64,000 nucleotides of DNA from Lama glama (lineage: Eukaryota): NCBI GenBank assembly GCA_028534125.1, contig CM052816.1, positions 52,330,001 to 52,394,000 of the forward strand. The letters run 5' to 3'. The notes under the pieces are model-generated. The model searched no databases. It saw only the letters and a list, made by a program, of their open reading frames with translations, and had not been told where the DNA came from. The stretch's first letter is position 1. Every line of letters starts with the position of its first letter. Shown here piece by piece: positions 1 to 46,389 of this stretch. Position numbers and translations under genes: made by a program.

Positions 1-530
1 CATGTACAAAATCTGTATAGAAGTATGTGGATGTATTTCTCTTGGGTATATAGGAGTGAAATTGCTGGTTCACATGGTAACTGTTTAACTTTTTGAGGAA
101 CTGCCAAACAGTTTTGCAAAGCAGCTATGTACCATTTTATATTGCCACCAGTAGTATATGAGGGTTCCAATTTCTCCACATCCTCAGCAACACTTGTTAT
201 TATCCATTTGTTGGTGTGTTTTAAATGATAGCATCCAAATTAACATGAAGTAACATCTCATTGTAGTCTGTATATCCCTAGTGACTAGTAATTTTGAGCA
301 TATTTTCAAGTGCTTATTGGCTTTTTATATATTTTCCTTGAATAAATGTCTATTCACATTATTTGCACATTTTTAATTGGGTTATTTGTGGAAGTTTTGT
401 TGAATTGTAAAAATTCTTTATAAAGTGTGACTAAAGTCCCTTTAGGATATCTGATTTACCAGTATTTTCTCCCGTTTTGCAGGTTGTCTTTTCACTTTCC
501 AGATGGTATCAGTTGCAGTATGAAGGTTTT
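1..530 (-). mobile_element. Old L1 (L1M-type) ORF2 3' fragment
   Basis: Typical antisense L1 text (ggaactgccaaac...gagggttccaatttctccacatcctcagcaacac). Confidence 0.85.
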
Positions 531-2179
531 TATGGCCTGTTGATCACCATATTAGGTCAGTATTTTCGTGGATTTTACAGTAACTGGTGCAATGAAAATT
601 ACCCTTCACTGTTCATTTTTTAGAGCCACGTAGTGGAATATGTAGCATGAAATACTGTCTGAGATTTGCTTGAAAAAAATCAAAGGGAAAAAAAAGCAAA
701 GAAATCAAGGGATAGATAAAGCAAAAGTAGAAAATCTTGATAATTGTTGAATTTGAGGATTGTTGTAAGAAGGGTACGTGGAGTTTCATTATACTATTTT
801 CTCTACTTCTGAGTGTTTGGAAAATTTTATGGCAAATATGTGTCTGATTACTTTTTTTTTGCACAAAGGAAGAGTTTCATGTGTTAAGGGTATATGGTAC
901 ATTGAAGAAAGAATAGAAGATGAAGAGCCTTATGAGGATTAGAGTTTGAAAAATGGGCATTGCTCTGACAGTTTGGAACTGCTTTTGATGACATATATAA
1001 GTAGGAATAAATGGTATAATATTGCTTCTGATTAACCCAATTGGGGTAGAGGTGGTAAGATTATGTGTATTAGAGGAGTGGAATAAGATGAGGTCATCTG
1101 TGGAAATATGACCTTCGATTCAGTGTACACTCTTGAATAAGAGTGTAGCTGGCCTTGGAATTTACTTTAGACTCAGCACTTAAATATATATGTATATTTA
1201 TAAATATTAATTTATATTCAATATTCTATATATATATATATAATATATATATCTATCTTATAGTTTTCTGGCCTCTATTTTCTTATTGACAAGTTTTCTG
1301 CTAGCCCAACTGCTAATTCTCCTAATTTTTACTCTCTGGTTGCCTTAGATTTTTTTTTTAAATATGCCTACATGGGTAGCTTCCACTTACTTTGATCCTT
1401 GTCTTGGATTTATTCTGCAGTTCAGCAGACATTTTTCTACCAGAAGATGCTTAAATGTCATCTGCCAAATTGGGATTCTCTGCAATATAATTTAGTGCCA
1501 AAACCAGGGATCCTATTAATTATAAATTCCCTAAGTTGTGATTAAAAATGAACAAAAAACTAATGTAATTCAATGAATTTTTAATGGCCCTCAGGCTTGA
1601 AGTTAGTCAAAGTGTTTTTGAGAATTGGGAATTTAAATATTTTATATCTCAGTTCCTTTAGCTGCTTTAAGTTTTTCTTTTTTAATTTAACAAATATATC
1701 AGGCATTATTGTCACTCACCCAGTTAGCTGTGTTTACTTACAGGGCTGAGTGAATCATGAAAACACAGATTCATGGGATTAAAAATGAGTCTTAGTCATC
1801 ATCTAGAATATGCACATTGGGTGTATTGAAAAGGGCGTTGGTCAGAATGAGACTTGGGCTAGTTTCAATTATGAGACCTCTAACTTTATAAGTAGTTCCT
1901 AAAACTAGGGCTTCATTTTCTTCATTAGTAAAAGGAGGGACATTGGATTAGATGAACTTTATACTTTCTTCCTTTTCTGAAATTATAAGAAGAATCATCA
2001 GAAATATGCATAATAAATTTAATATAGCTTACTTCATTGTTGGAAGTTACTGGAGAGTCGTAATTGCTAGAAAATTTTTCCTTACATTCCAGTTCATTTA
2101 GTTCCTAAATGTGTGACTTTGGGTGAGTTACTGTCTTATTACCCAGTCAATAAATACAATAATAAACCTCAGGGCAATT

Positions 2180-5100
2180 TTCCTTTTACTAAAGTCTGCT
2201 TTATGTGATATTAACGTGGCCACTCCAGGTTTTATTTTGTTTTTTAGTGTTTGCATCTTTTTACTCTTTAACCTTTATATACCATGATATTTCACGTGGT
2301 TTCTCATAGATAGCATGTAATTGTCTTTTTTTTTAATCTACTCTATGTGTTTTAATAGCCATATTAGACCATTTAAATTTAATCTTTCATTTTGTTGGAT
2401 TTAAGTGTACCATTTATCATTAATTTTCTGTTGTGCCTTCTCTTTTTCACTCCTGTTTTCCTTTCTGGCTTTCTTTTGAATTATTTGAATATTTTTCAGA
2501 ATCCTCTTGTTATTTTGGCTTTTAAAAATATGTCTCCATGCATATTTTTTTGAATGGTTGCTGTAGAGGATGTTGTATATCAAGTTATTTTTGTAATCTA
2601 CCTAGAATTTCTTACCACTTCAAGAAAAATAAAGAAACTTTACTACCATACAGGGTCCTTTAGTACCTCCACATTAGGATGCAGCTCTCATACATATTAG
2701 GTTTATATACATTGAAAATCCCATCAATGTTATAAATTTTTTATTTCAGCATTATATGTATTTTAACAAACTTAAAAGGTGAAAAAGTAGTCTATTCTGT
2801 TTACTCAGATATTACCATTTCTGTTGCTCTCCCTTCTTTCCTGGCATTCCAGAGTCCTCTCTGCTGTCATGTCCCTTCCCTGTGAAATTTCTTTAGCATT
2901 TCTTTTAAGACAGGTCTACTGGTAATGGATTCTCTAAGTTTTCCTTTTTCTGAAATGTCTTTATTGCACTTTCATTCCTGAAGGACGTATTTGCTGGTTA
3001 AAGGATTCTGGGTTGATCATTTTTTTTGTTTTTTGTTTTTGAAGGCACTTTATAAACAGTGTGTTACTGTTTCTGGCCTCCATGATTTCTGATGAGAAAT
3101 CTGCCATAATTCACATCTTTGTTTCCCCATATGTACAGTGTCATTTTCCTCTGGCTGTTTAAAAAACCTCTTCTTTATGTTTAGTTTCATCAGTTTGGTT
3201 GTGATGTGCCTGGGTAATGGTTATACTTCCCCTTTTTGGAGTTTGCTGTGCCAGTGGACCTGCTGTAAATATATAATTTTTGTAAATATATATAAATTTA
3301 TGCCTTTCACCAAATTTTGGAAGTTTTCAGTGATTATTTCTTCAAATGTTTTTTCTTCCAATCTTTCTCCACTTCTTTTGGGCTCCTATGACACAAATAC
3401 TAGACAGTTAAAATATTGTTTTTTAATTAAATAGAGGTCTTTAAAATCTTTATTTTGGCCAAAGAAGAAAAAGATAATATAACAAAGACCCATGTACCCG
3501 CCACCCAGAATGAACAAATGTTAACACAATTGCACCTTGTAAATACATGAATACAAACATGTATCAGACTAAGTACCGCACTCTTTTCTTCTCCAGCCCT
3601 TTCCTGCTTCCCTTTGCTCTCTCTCTTCTGTTGGATATTTTCTATATTAGTCCACGTTTCATCCTTATAGATAAAAGATACAGTGACAATATGTAGTATT
3701 GTTTTGTGAGTTTAAACACTTCCAAAATGATATCATACTGTAAATAACTTTCTGCATGTGTTTTAAAACCCTCAATATTGTTTTTAAGATGTATCAGTGT
3801 TGATATATATACATCTAGATCAGAATTCTAATACATGAATCTACAACATTTGGGCATTTTCCAATTTTCTCTTATTAACAGTACAAATGGTGCAATAAAT
3901 ATCTTCTTATCCACATGTGCTAGTTTCCCAAGAGAAGATAATGAGAAATGGGATTCTTTAATTATTCAGGTTTATGTCTAGTCAACCTTACCAGGTATTG
4001 CCTGATTACTCTTCAGAGTGCTTGTACTGATTTAAATTCCCATCAGCAGTGGATGAGAGTTTCTGGTTATGCATATCCTTGACAACGTTCATCTTGTTTG
4101 ATTTAATTTTTTAAAAATTTTATTGTGGTACAGACTTTTTTAAAAACATTTTTTATTGAGTTATAATCATTTTACAATGTTGTGTCAAATTGCAGTGTAG
4201 AGCACAATTTTTCAGTTATACATGAACATGCATATACTCATTGTCACATTTTGTTTCTTTTTTTTAACATTTTTTATTGAGTTATAATCATTTTACAATG
4301 TTGTGTCAAATTCCAATGTAGAGCACAAATTTTCAGTTATACATGAACATACATATATTCATTGTCACATTTTTTTTCGCTGTGAACTACCACAAGATGT
4401 GGTACAGACTTTTTAGTATTGCCCCGTAGGTCCTTGAGGTTCTCCATTTTTTTCCCACTTTTTTTTCTCATTGTTATCCAGACTGGATAGTTTCTACTCA
4501 TGTATCTTCAAATTCACTGACCCTTCCACCCATCATCTCCATTCTACTATTAAGTCTCCTGTAAGTTTTCTAAATTGTAGTCTTCAGTTCTAAAACTTCT
4601 GATTCTTTTTACAGCCTTGATTTCTTTGGTGAGGACTTGTATCTTTCCATTCATTTCAATAGTGTTAAACTTTGCTTTGTAGAGCATGACTGAAATAACT
4701 CATGCTAAGTCTTTTTCTAATAATTCCAACATTTGGGTAACATCAGAATTGCTTTTTGTTCATTATCTTTTCCCTTGAGAATTGTTTATATTTCCCTAGT
4801 GTTTTGCATTTTAAATAATTTTGGATTATTATCTGGATATTTTGAGTATTACACAATTCTCAGTCCTATTTAAATCTTCATTAAAGGATTGTCTGTTTTA
4901 GCTGGCAGTCGATTCAGTTAGTTCAGACCGCACATCCTAGCCTGCTTTCTGTGGGCTATGGTTCCAATAATTTAGGTCTCAGTGACTTTGCACTGCCATT
5001 CTAATCTGCCCTAATTGTGTACCACCCAGTGGCTAGTCTGAAACTGGATAGTGAGCTACATTATAGTTCGGTCTTCAAAACCTTTGCTTGGCTGTTTCTG

Positions 5101-6500
5101 GTCAATTTCACACATGCACAGTGTGGGGGTGATCTCAGGATTTTATATCCAAATTTAGAAGCTCCCTTTCTTCAGTTCCCTCCTACCTATGGTCTTCCTC
5201 ATACTCTCTGGTTCTAAGGTCACCCTTCTTGATGTTCTGGCTAGAAGGCAGGGCTTCCACTTCCATACAGCACTGCCAGTTCTGCCCTGCCAAATCTGCC
5301 ACCATTACACCAGAGGGGGAATCGGGTGCTGCCTTTTTGCTGTCTCTAGCTTGGTGCAGGGCAGGGAAGGTCCACACTGCCCCACAGGGTTTACACATGG
5401 TGGGGAGGGAGTGGTGCTGCTGCTTTTCTGCAGCTCTCCTGGAATAAGGTAAGTAAATTAAAAAAGATTCTGTATCATAATCTCAAACCCCCTTCTCTGT
5501 CCTCTGGCTAGAGAGAGCAGACTGTTGTTTATTCTGTTTGATATTTGTCTGGCTTTTTAAATCTGTGGAGTCACATCTTCCATCAGTTTTGAAAGTCTAC
5601 ATTATATCTAAAAATATTTGCTCTGTCCTATCCTCCCCTCTCTGTCTGTAGCTAATAATTAAGCAGATGTTAGGAATTCGCACCATATCCTCTGTATGTG
5701 TTTTTTCCGTCTTTCCATCTTTTTGTCTCTCCATGCTGCATTTTGGATAATTTCTCCTAATTTATATTCTAGATTATAAATCCTCCCCATATTCTGCCAT
5801 TAAACCTATTTATGGAGTTTTAAAGTTCATTTTTTACATACTCTTGCAACATTTGTATTTAGCTATTTCCCAGATCAGCTCCACCACTTTTTAGTTTCCT
5901 GTTCTCTACAGGTACTTCACACGACTTTCTCTAAACACAGAAAGCATTAGTACCTAAGACTATACGGGTTTAATTGTTTCTACTAAGTCTTGCTTCTGGA
6001 GTCTAGTATTTTTATGTGCCTTTTTTTTTTTTAACTGTGTGCTAGTAGATGTTGCATTTGAAAAGCAGTTTGAGGCCTACAATTAAGGCCATTACTTTTC
6101 TGTGGAGAGAAGTTACATTTTTATTCCTCCTAGCACCTGGAAGAGGCATCACCAGTAGGGGACAACCTTAAAGCAAATTAATGCTTAAGATTCTTTGGAT
6201 GATGCAGGCATTTCCAAACTTGGCTATTTTACCTAATTTATACCCTGGGTCATACACATCCAAAGGCCGAAACCCTCCAAGGGAGTCTCAGCCTATTGTA
6301 GAGTTCTTCTGGTAGATTCACAATTCCTGTTAGACTAACTACCTTGTGTGGGCCTTGAATTTTGGTATCTGTCCCCTATACCCCATTAGATTGTCACATT
6401 AAGGCCCAAGGCTCACTTAACTTCTCTTTTTCTCTTTACTTTTGGACTGGACTTTCCATACTGTCTTATAAATCTCCTTTATATTGTAAGATGATTTTTG
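2180..6500 (-). mobile_element. Degraded old L1 fragments (5'/ORF1 and 3' pieces), interrupted by younger inserts
   Basis: Pyrimidine-rich antisense L1 motifs (ctggcctccatgatttctgatgagaaatctg; ggaagttttcagtgattatttcttcaaat). Boundaries approximate. Confidence 0.6.
4141..4397 (-). mobile_element. Young L1 3'-end dimer with 17-bp TSD
   Basis: Two tandem copies of an L1 terminus between TGTGGTACAGACTTTTT at 4124-4140 and 4398-4414. Confidence 0.85.
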
Positions 6501-6759
6501 TATTTTAATCAGCTTTGGGTTTTCAGCAAGAGCATAGCTCTAAATATCCTAGCATGCAATTTCCAGAAACAAGAAGTTTCTCACAATTGCATCTTTGTTT
6601 TTACATGGCCAAACCCTACTCTTTCTCTTGGTATTCTGTGCACTTAGCACATACTGCTTGTGGCATGGAATCCATAAATGTTGATAAGAACTGTGCTGAA
6701 TTTAGTCAAAGCAATTTTTTGAGCAATTTTTACTTACAGCTGCTCTAAGATATAGGTAT

Positions 6760-7315
6760 CCTGTTTTAGTTATCAAATATTAGTTGCTGCATGTAATAAA
6801 CCACCAGAAAACTTAGCAGTTTAAAACAACAGACAATTTATTATCTTACATGTTTTCTGAGATTCAGAAATCTGAGAGTGGCTTAGTTGGGTGGTTTTCA
6901 TGATGTTCCAGTCCAACTGTTGGCTGGCGCTGCAATTTGAAGGCTTGACTGGGGTTGGAGGATCCCCTTCCACTCATGTGGCTGTTCTCAGGAGACTTCA
7001 TTTGCTTGCCAAATGGCAGCTGGCTTCCCAAAGAATGAGTGATTCAATTGAAAGAGAGGGAGAAAGAGAAAGAGACAGACAGGGAAGGAGAGGTGGGGAG
7101 AGAGGGATGAAAGGAAGAGAATGAGTGGGGAGAAATGCACCAAAGATGGAAGCCATAGAATCTTTTATAACATAATCTTGGAAATGACATCCCATCCCTT
7201 CTTCTGTATCCTACTAGTCACGAAGACCAACTGTGGTAGTGTGGGAGGGGACTATACAAGATTTGAACACCAAGGGGTGGAGATTGTTGTGGCCTATCGT
7301 GGAGGCTGGCTAGCA
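6760..7315 (-). mobile_element. MLT1-type (ERVL-MaLR) LTR
   Basis: aaaacttagcagtttaaaacaac...tttattatcttaca...ctgagagtggcttagttgg motifs; internal purine-rich tract. Confidence 0.75.
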
Positions 7316-8399
7316 TCTTATTTTACCAAAAGAAAAAAAAAAGAAGAAAAAACCTTTATTATATTTAGAGGTTCATAATGAAGCAATTGAATTAGACCTA
7401 TTTTTTCATTTGCAAAAAGCGTGAAAATATGGTTGTAATTTTATCAATGTAAATGCAGAAAATGTTCCCCAAAAGGTGTTAAATATTAAATTGTGTATCA
7501 TTCCAAGCTGAATTCAAAACAGAATATAAAGAGAAGATTGAAAACTACTGAAAATCTGATATGAAAAAAAAGTGTCAATTAGTGGTAAAAGGTTAGTTAG
7601 ATGGTGAGGCTTAGTGTTAAGTAGGAAAAAAAAATAAAGGTTTTGAATATAGCTCAAATAAAAAAAACCCTTGCAAATATTTTAGTAATAAAAATTTGCT
7701 TTGAGAAAAATACTCTTCCTACTGAAATATGTGGTCATAATTCCAATAATGCATTTTCTTCATGCCTTTCTTCAATTAAGATTGCTTTTTATCAATCATA
7801 GTGATTTTAGAAGCAATGAAACATTCAATATTCTAAATATAAACCACCTAACTCAAGGTAATTGAGGAGATGACATGTAAACAGCATGCTATATATTGTA
7901 TTAAAATGAAGGGAGAAAATAAAAATAGATATTTGTATTTGCTGCTACTACTGCACCTAAACCTTGGAAAGATATACAAGAAGCTAATACAAATGACTAC
8001 TTGTTGAGATTGGAGACAAGAACAAGGTGGATACATACAAAGTGGGTGGTAAAACTTACACTGATAAATTTTTAACATTTTTTCTGATTTTTGAATATTT
8101 ATGTATTACATAAATGAAACTTTCTTTTTTAATCACAAAGAAAAAAATTAGAGGTTTAGAGATTTCTGGTTTATGTCAAGGTATTTTTTTTTAAAAATTG
8201 AGTCAAGTTATCAAAGTTATGCTTGCTATTTTAAAAGAAGTTGTATTCTTTACTTATAAAACAATATTTGAATCCAGGCTGTTATAAACTTAAGCAGTTA
8301 ATACACCCTACCCAGGCTACTACTTTTATGATTAAATTATGAAGTAAGATATTCACACAATACAGAAGACTCTTTAAAGTAAATTGCCTTAAAAGGGAA

Positions 8400-8700
8400 A
8401 GTTCAATGTTCCGACACATACTACCTATCTATACTCTTCAGATTTTCAGCTCTTGCCTAGATAAGTTTAATGCCCATTATCTACTAGGTCCTCAGGTTAC
8501 CTTCTCATTATTGGTATGGCTATCCTTCTGGATTGTTTTCCATCGAGCTACTCGAAAATTCATCTCTCTATTATAGCAGTTACTTTTACTTTGTTAATTA
8601 TCTGCTTCACACATTCAGCTCCAAGAGGGAAATAACTATTTCATTCATCTTTCAATCAATGAAGCCTAATAAAGTGCTCTGCACATAGCAAACAGATAGA
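8400..8700 (+). mobile_element. L2 3' fragment
   Basis: agctccaagaggg...gtgctctgcacatagc resembles the L2 terminus. Confidence 0.45.
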
Positions 8701-8968
8701 CACAGAAAGTCCATTGGATTGCTGCAAGAAACAAATAGCCTAAATTTTACTTCATATCTCAAATTCAGAGAAAGACAGTACTCTTAAAAGGCACAGACCA
8801 AAATAGATCATTGTGGACTGAGTACAAAGAACCATTCTATTTCTTCACTTTTAAAAAAATTAAAATTAAGTATCAATGTGAAGAACATGACAAAATACAG
8901 TCAGAAACATATGATACATCTACAAAGAATACTTTAAAATGTGCCTCCAAAGGCACGTAGTTCCAATT

Positions 8969-8974
8969 TTTATT
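8969..8974 (-). terminator. Candidate distal poly(A) signal
   Basis: AATAAA followed by a GU-rich tract (TTGTAGATGTATCATATGTTTCTG). Confidence 0.5.
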
Positions 8975-9834
8975 AAATGTAGAGACTTTATGGAAACCTA
9001 AACCTATCCCCCCATCATGGGAAGAACTTTCCACTGTTTGGTTATTTTAAGGTAAATTCAGTATTCATAGATTGTGTGATTACTTACACTGCAAAGTAAA
9101 CACACTATATAAAGAAACATACATCGAGTTTGAGATGCAGTTTTTATCTTATAGGATGTCAACAAAATTTCACAAGTTATTACATGTTGCCATTTTATTT
9201 AATTTCTGCAACATTTTATATTGTTTATGAAGTAGTTACTTCCAAAATATTCGTTTCCCCCATCTGTGTCTTTGGCTGTTACTACAGATGTGATTCAGTA
9301 AGAACCATATGACCAAACTTATTCAAATTCTCAGTCTTTCCTAGCCTGAGACCTAAGGTCCTGAGTTATAACCCTGACTTGGTCTTCAAGTTGAGATGCT
9401 TCATAAATACTTTTCTTAAAACAGGGCTGTTTAGTGTAGTTTCTTCTTCTTGAGACACAGGAATGTTTCTGATACAAAAACATATATTCCACATAAGAAC
9501 AAAAAAAAGCATTAAAATAATGATTAAATTTTATATAACTTAGATGACAGGATTAAGTAAAATATGACCTTTACTTTTTTTTAAACACAATGTACTTGTA
9601 AAAATTTTGCTATCTGAAGTAAAGAAAACTCTGTAAGTTTCAAGTACACAGAATTTAACTCATGTTAATATCCTGTTATAAAAAATAACTACCATATAAA
9701 GAATTTAAATATGCAAAAGTAAGTAGTTCATTAAAATTTGTATTTAATACATTGATGTCAATGAAAATATGTTGACAAGCAACTTCTAAGGTTTAAAGGA
9801 GAAGTAAAAACAAAAAAACCTGTTGCAGGCTTCA

Positions 9835-9840
9835 TTTATT
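9835..9840 (-). terminator. Candidate proximal poly(A) signal
   Basis: AATAAA followed ~20 nt later by a U-rich element (GGTTTTTTTGTTTTT); upstream TGTA motifs. Confidence 0.55.
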
Positions 9841-10105
9841 GCTACATAAAGACTACTTCAAGGGTCATCTGGCCTGTCGTCAATCACTCTTAGAAGTGGT
9901 ATATACAGTGGTATACTTTGGAAAGAAAGGAGGAAAAATAACGCACTGCAATACAAAAATATTACCTATTTATAAATTATTAAAGCTTTATAAAACACAT
10001 ACCAAATCACATGGTCTCGCTATAAAAACAATATACTTAAATATAGAAGCACAAAATCCTGAAGCACCCACAATTATTTTAAGAATACCCATTTAATCAA
10101 GAGTA

Positions 10106-10108
<3 letters not shown>

Positions 10109-10136
<28 letters not shown>
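10109..10136. repeat. (TA)14 microsatellite in the 3' UTR
   Basis: Perfect TA run read directly. Confidence 0.95.
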
Positions 10137-10140
<4 letters not shown>

Positions 10141-10736
10141 GAAAAGAAAAAAGGCATAATTCTGATTTTAATGCAAACAATCAGTTTATCTAATCATTGG
10201 AGGTAGGTCTCCACTCCAATTATACAAATAAGTTATCTGCCTTATTCAAAGAATTATCATATAAGTCTAAGATCTGGAAACTGGTCTGTGCCACGGAAAC
10301 ATTTTTAACATACTTTAGAAACCAGTAATCTAACTGGCATATAAACAAAACAAGTATTTCTCTCATCAGATTACATCTGAAAAGATCCTTCATTAAAATC
10401 TAAAACCATTCTTGGCATAAAGAGGTATACCTAAGTGCAGATACTTTGGCTTAGCATTTAAATAATGCAATAAATGCTACAGATTTCTTAAAGACAGAAG
10501 AAATACTTGTCTTTCTTACTACTTCTGTAAAGCTTCAAAAACTGGATCTCTTAAATTTTTGGAGATTTAAATATTGTGCTAATGATTTAAAGAGATCATT
10601 CCTGCCTGAAAAGCAAAGCTTGCATCTTTCAAACATCAAACATACTTACTTTTAGTGTTTGTGGCATTTTAGCTTTAGTGCTGGAGTTAGTTTAACAAAT
10701 CAGTTTGCAATATATAATACAACTCACAACCTTTCA

Positions 10737-43766
<33,030 letters not shown>

Positions 43767-45656
43767 TCAATTCTTGTGTGCCTAGAAAACACAAAAAATG
43801 ATAGTTCATTTAATTCTCTAACATATAAACATTATGCCATCTACTGCATGCCCAGAAACACAGTCAAATAGACACACAAAAAATGTAACAGCATTGCTTT
43901 GAGAAATCTATAATTTAGTTGGGGGAAATTCCTCTATATATACAAAAATGACAGGAAAACAAACTCTAACACCATTACATGCATACATAAACTATTGTAA
44001 AATGTAAAACTCTAAATAACTAAATAACTCATGGGTCAAAGAATTCACAGTTTAAAGCTAAAAACAATTTTAAGTACCATACAGCAAACAATATAAAATA
44101 TACTACATACAAATAAAAATACTGCACATAAAAACTTGTGGGATTCAGCAAAAGTGGTACATCAACAGATACTTACAGCCTTAGATGCTTATACTAGAAA
44201 AGAAGAGTGAAAACTAATCAGCTAAAAGCAGAAATTAAAGAAATAGAAAATGAGCATATAAGAGAGATATAAGAAAACTAAAAGTTAGTTTTATGAATAA
44301 AGTAGATGAACATCTGATCTGTCGCAGGATCTCCACCAAATAAGCCTGAAATACCTTGAAGGAATCTATCAATGACTAATGGGATAATATCAAAAGGACA
44401 CAGAAGCCAAGCTGAAAGGGATCTCACTGCTTAAATGGGACAAATGAATATCATATAAATGACTACAAAGGACTTACCACAAATCAAATGGATTTTAAAA
44501 AAACAAGAAATCTTAACCATACTAAAGACAAAAATGAAGAAACACTATACAGTAGAAGGGTTGCTAGGGCAGTAACCGTTATTCTGAAAGTTGATACTTA
44601 AGAGAGAAGAGCTAAGAATTTATCCCACCCTTTATTTACAAAATGCGTTTTAGGATAACAAAATAGTTGCTGAGGAAAAGTTCTTTAGATAAGACTTCCA
44701 GCTGATCAGTGCAGAAGGATATTAAAATTTTAAAAATCATCTCTTCATAGTCCCTAATGCAATAAATGGACTAGGCAATGGCTATCAATGTATGCTAAAA
44801 CTATCAGATGAAAGGTTGGAGGGAAACTTTATAATGGTGGAATCAGGCCAACACATTTGAATCCAGTGATCAATTTCACCACCAATAAATGTGGAAGAAC
44901 CAAATATTATGTGCTTCATGTTGAAGACAGCATCACACATAAAATATTCCTGTCTAAAAAAACTGAACCCGAATCTTATCAAGTTTTTAGAACTAACTAC
45001 ATGTTTACAGGAAATTCAAGCATAGAAGGACAAGTTAAATGATATCAAAAGAAGGCAAATGGCTTAATCCAGAAGAGGGAATACTTTGTAGCAATGTTCC
45101 TCAAATTATCAATGGTGAATAATCTTTTATTTTCAAAAAATTTCCAATCTGTTACAAACTATTACTTTTGTAAAACACAGTAAAACAATGCAGGTTTTGC
45201 AATCATGTACAAACAAAAAGATACACATTAAGCATATCTGAATCCTTAAGCCTGGATTAAGGACTAAGAGAGGGAAATGAAGGATAAAAGAGAATAAACA
45301 AATGAGAGGGCTTTACTAGGACCACTTATGATAGTCGCCATGAACTGAGGACACATGAGACTTAGAAAAAATTAGGGATACTTTAAAGATGGATTAAAAA
45401 GATTAAACAGAGCTTAAGAGAGCACTGAATGAACTAGAAGTCCTATCTGAAGAAATAACCTAAAATGCAGCCCAGAGACACAAAGAGGAAAATATGAAAA
45501 AAATAAAGAGACATGTATGACAGAATGAGAATGGAGCCTCATAAGGAGAAGAGAGAGCATGGAACAAGCATGTTTGAAAAGATAATGCTAGGAATTCCAG
45601 CATAAATGAAAAACACTATAGACACAGATAACTCATTATACCAAGCAATATAAATA

Positions 45657-45820
45657 CAGCTGACACTTGAACAACATGGGTTTGAACTGTGCAGGTCCAC
45701 TTATATGCAGGTTATATGGAGGAACCATGGATACAGAGGGCTGACTGTAGTTTATGTGCAAATTTTCAACTGCAGAGGAAGTCAGCACCCCTAACCTCCA
45801 TGCTGTTCAATGGTCACTAT
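45657..45820 (+). mobile_element. Tigger2/MER8-like MITE
   Basis: cagctgacacttgaacaacatgggtttgaactg terminus; related copy at 50463-50690 in the opposite orientation. Confidence 0.75.
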
Positions 45821-45985
45821 AAAAAGAATAGTTACTCTATAGGGAAGCTTTTGAATTCCTAAAATAGAACAGTCAGAGATAAAAGGTCATCTTCAAAGGA
45901 ACAATAATTATGCTATTACAAGGTAAACTTGAACAATTCTCAATAACACTGGTATGTCATCCTAATTCAATAAAGCATATTACTT

Positions 45986-46133
45986 TTAGAGGAGGTAATT
46001 AGGTTATTTAGTTATTTAGTCATTTAGTTAGTTAGTTAGTTAATTTTTTTTTAAAAATGGAGCTACCAAGGATTGAACCCAGGACCTCATACATGCTAGG
46101 CACATGACTACCACTGAGCTATACCACCCCCTC
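45986..46133 (-). mobile_element. tRNA-derived SINE (camelid vic-1-like)
   Basis: Pol III A/B boxes (TAGCTCAGTGG; GGTTCAATCC) on the minus strand; 12-bp TSD AGCATATTACTT at 45974-45985 and 46134-46145. Confidence 0.85.
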
Positions 46134-46389
46134 AGCATATTACTTCTTTTATTTCCATTTTTAAATTGTGATTATACCATACATATACAAGAGTACACAC
46201 ACACCAAAACAAATAAAAGGAACTTGCAGGAAGAGACACGGTAGGAAGAAGAAAACTTCAAAGACACTAATATTCTCAGAAAAAAGCAATGCAACTATGA
46301 AACAGGAAGAGGAAGCCATACATAAGGAACATATGAAGAAAAAAAGTGATCATGGAAATTCATAGCAGCAATCTTAAAATTCAAGTGAG

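Larger units (their letters stand above)
8950..10736 (-). other. ZFYVE16: ZFYVE16 3' UTR (distal end approximate)
   Basis: AU-rich sequence lacking recognisable interspersed repeats after the stop codon. AATAAA on the minus strand at 9835-9840, 9194-9199 and 8969-8974. Confidence 0.65.
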
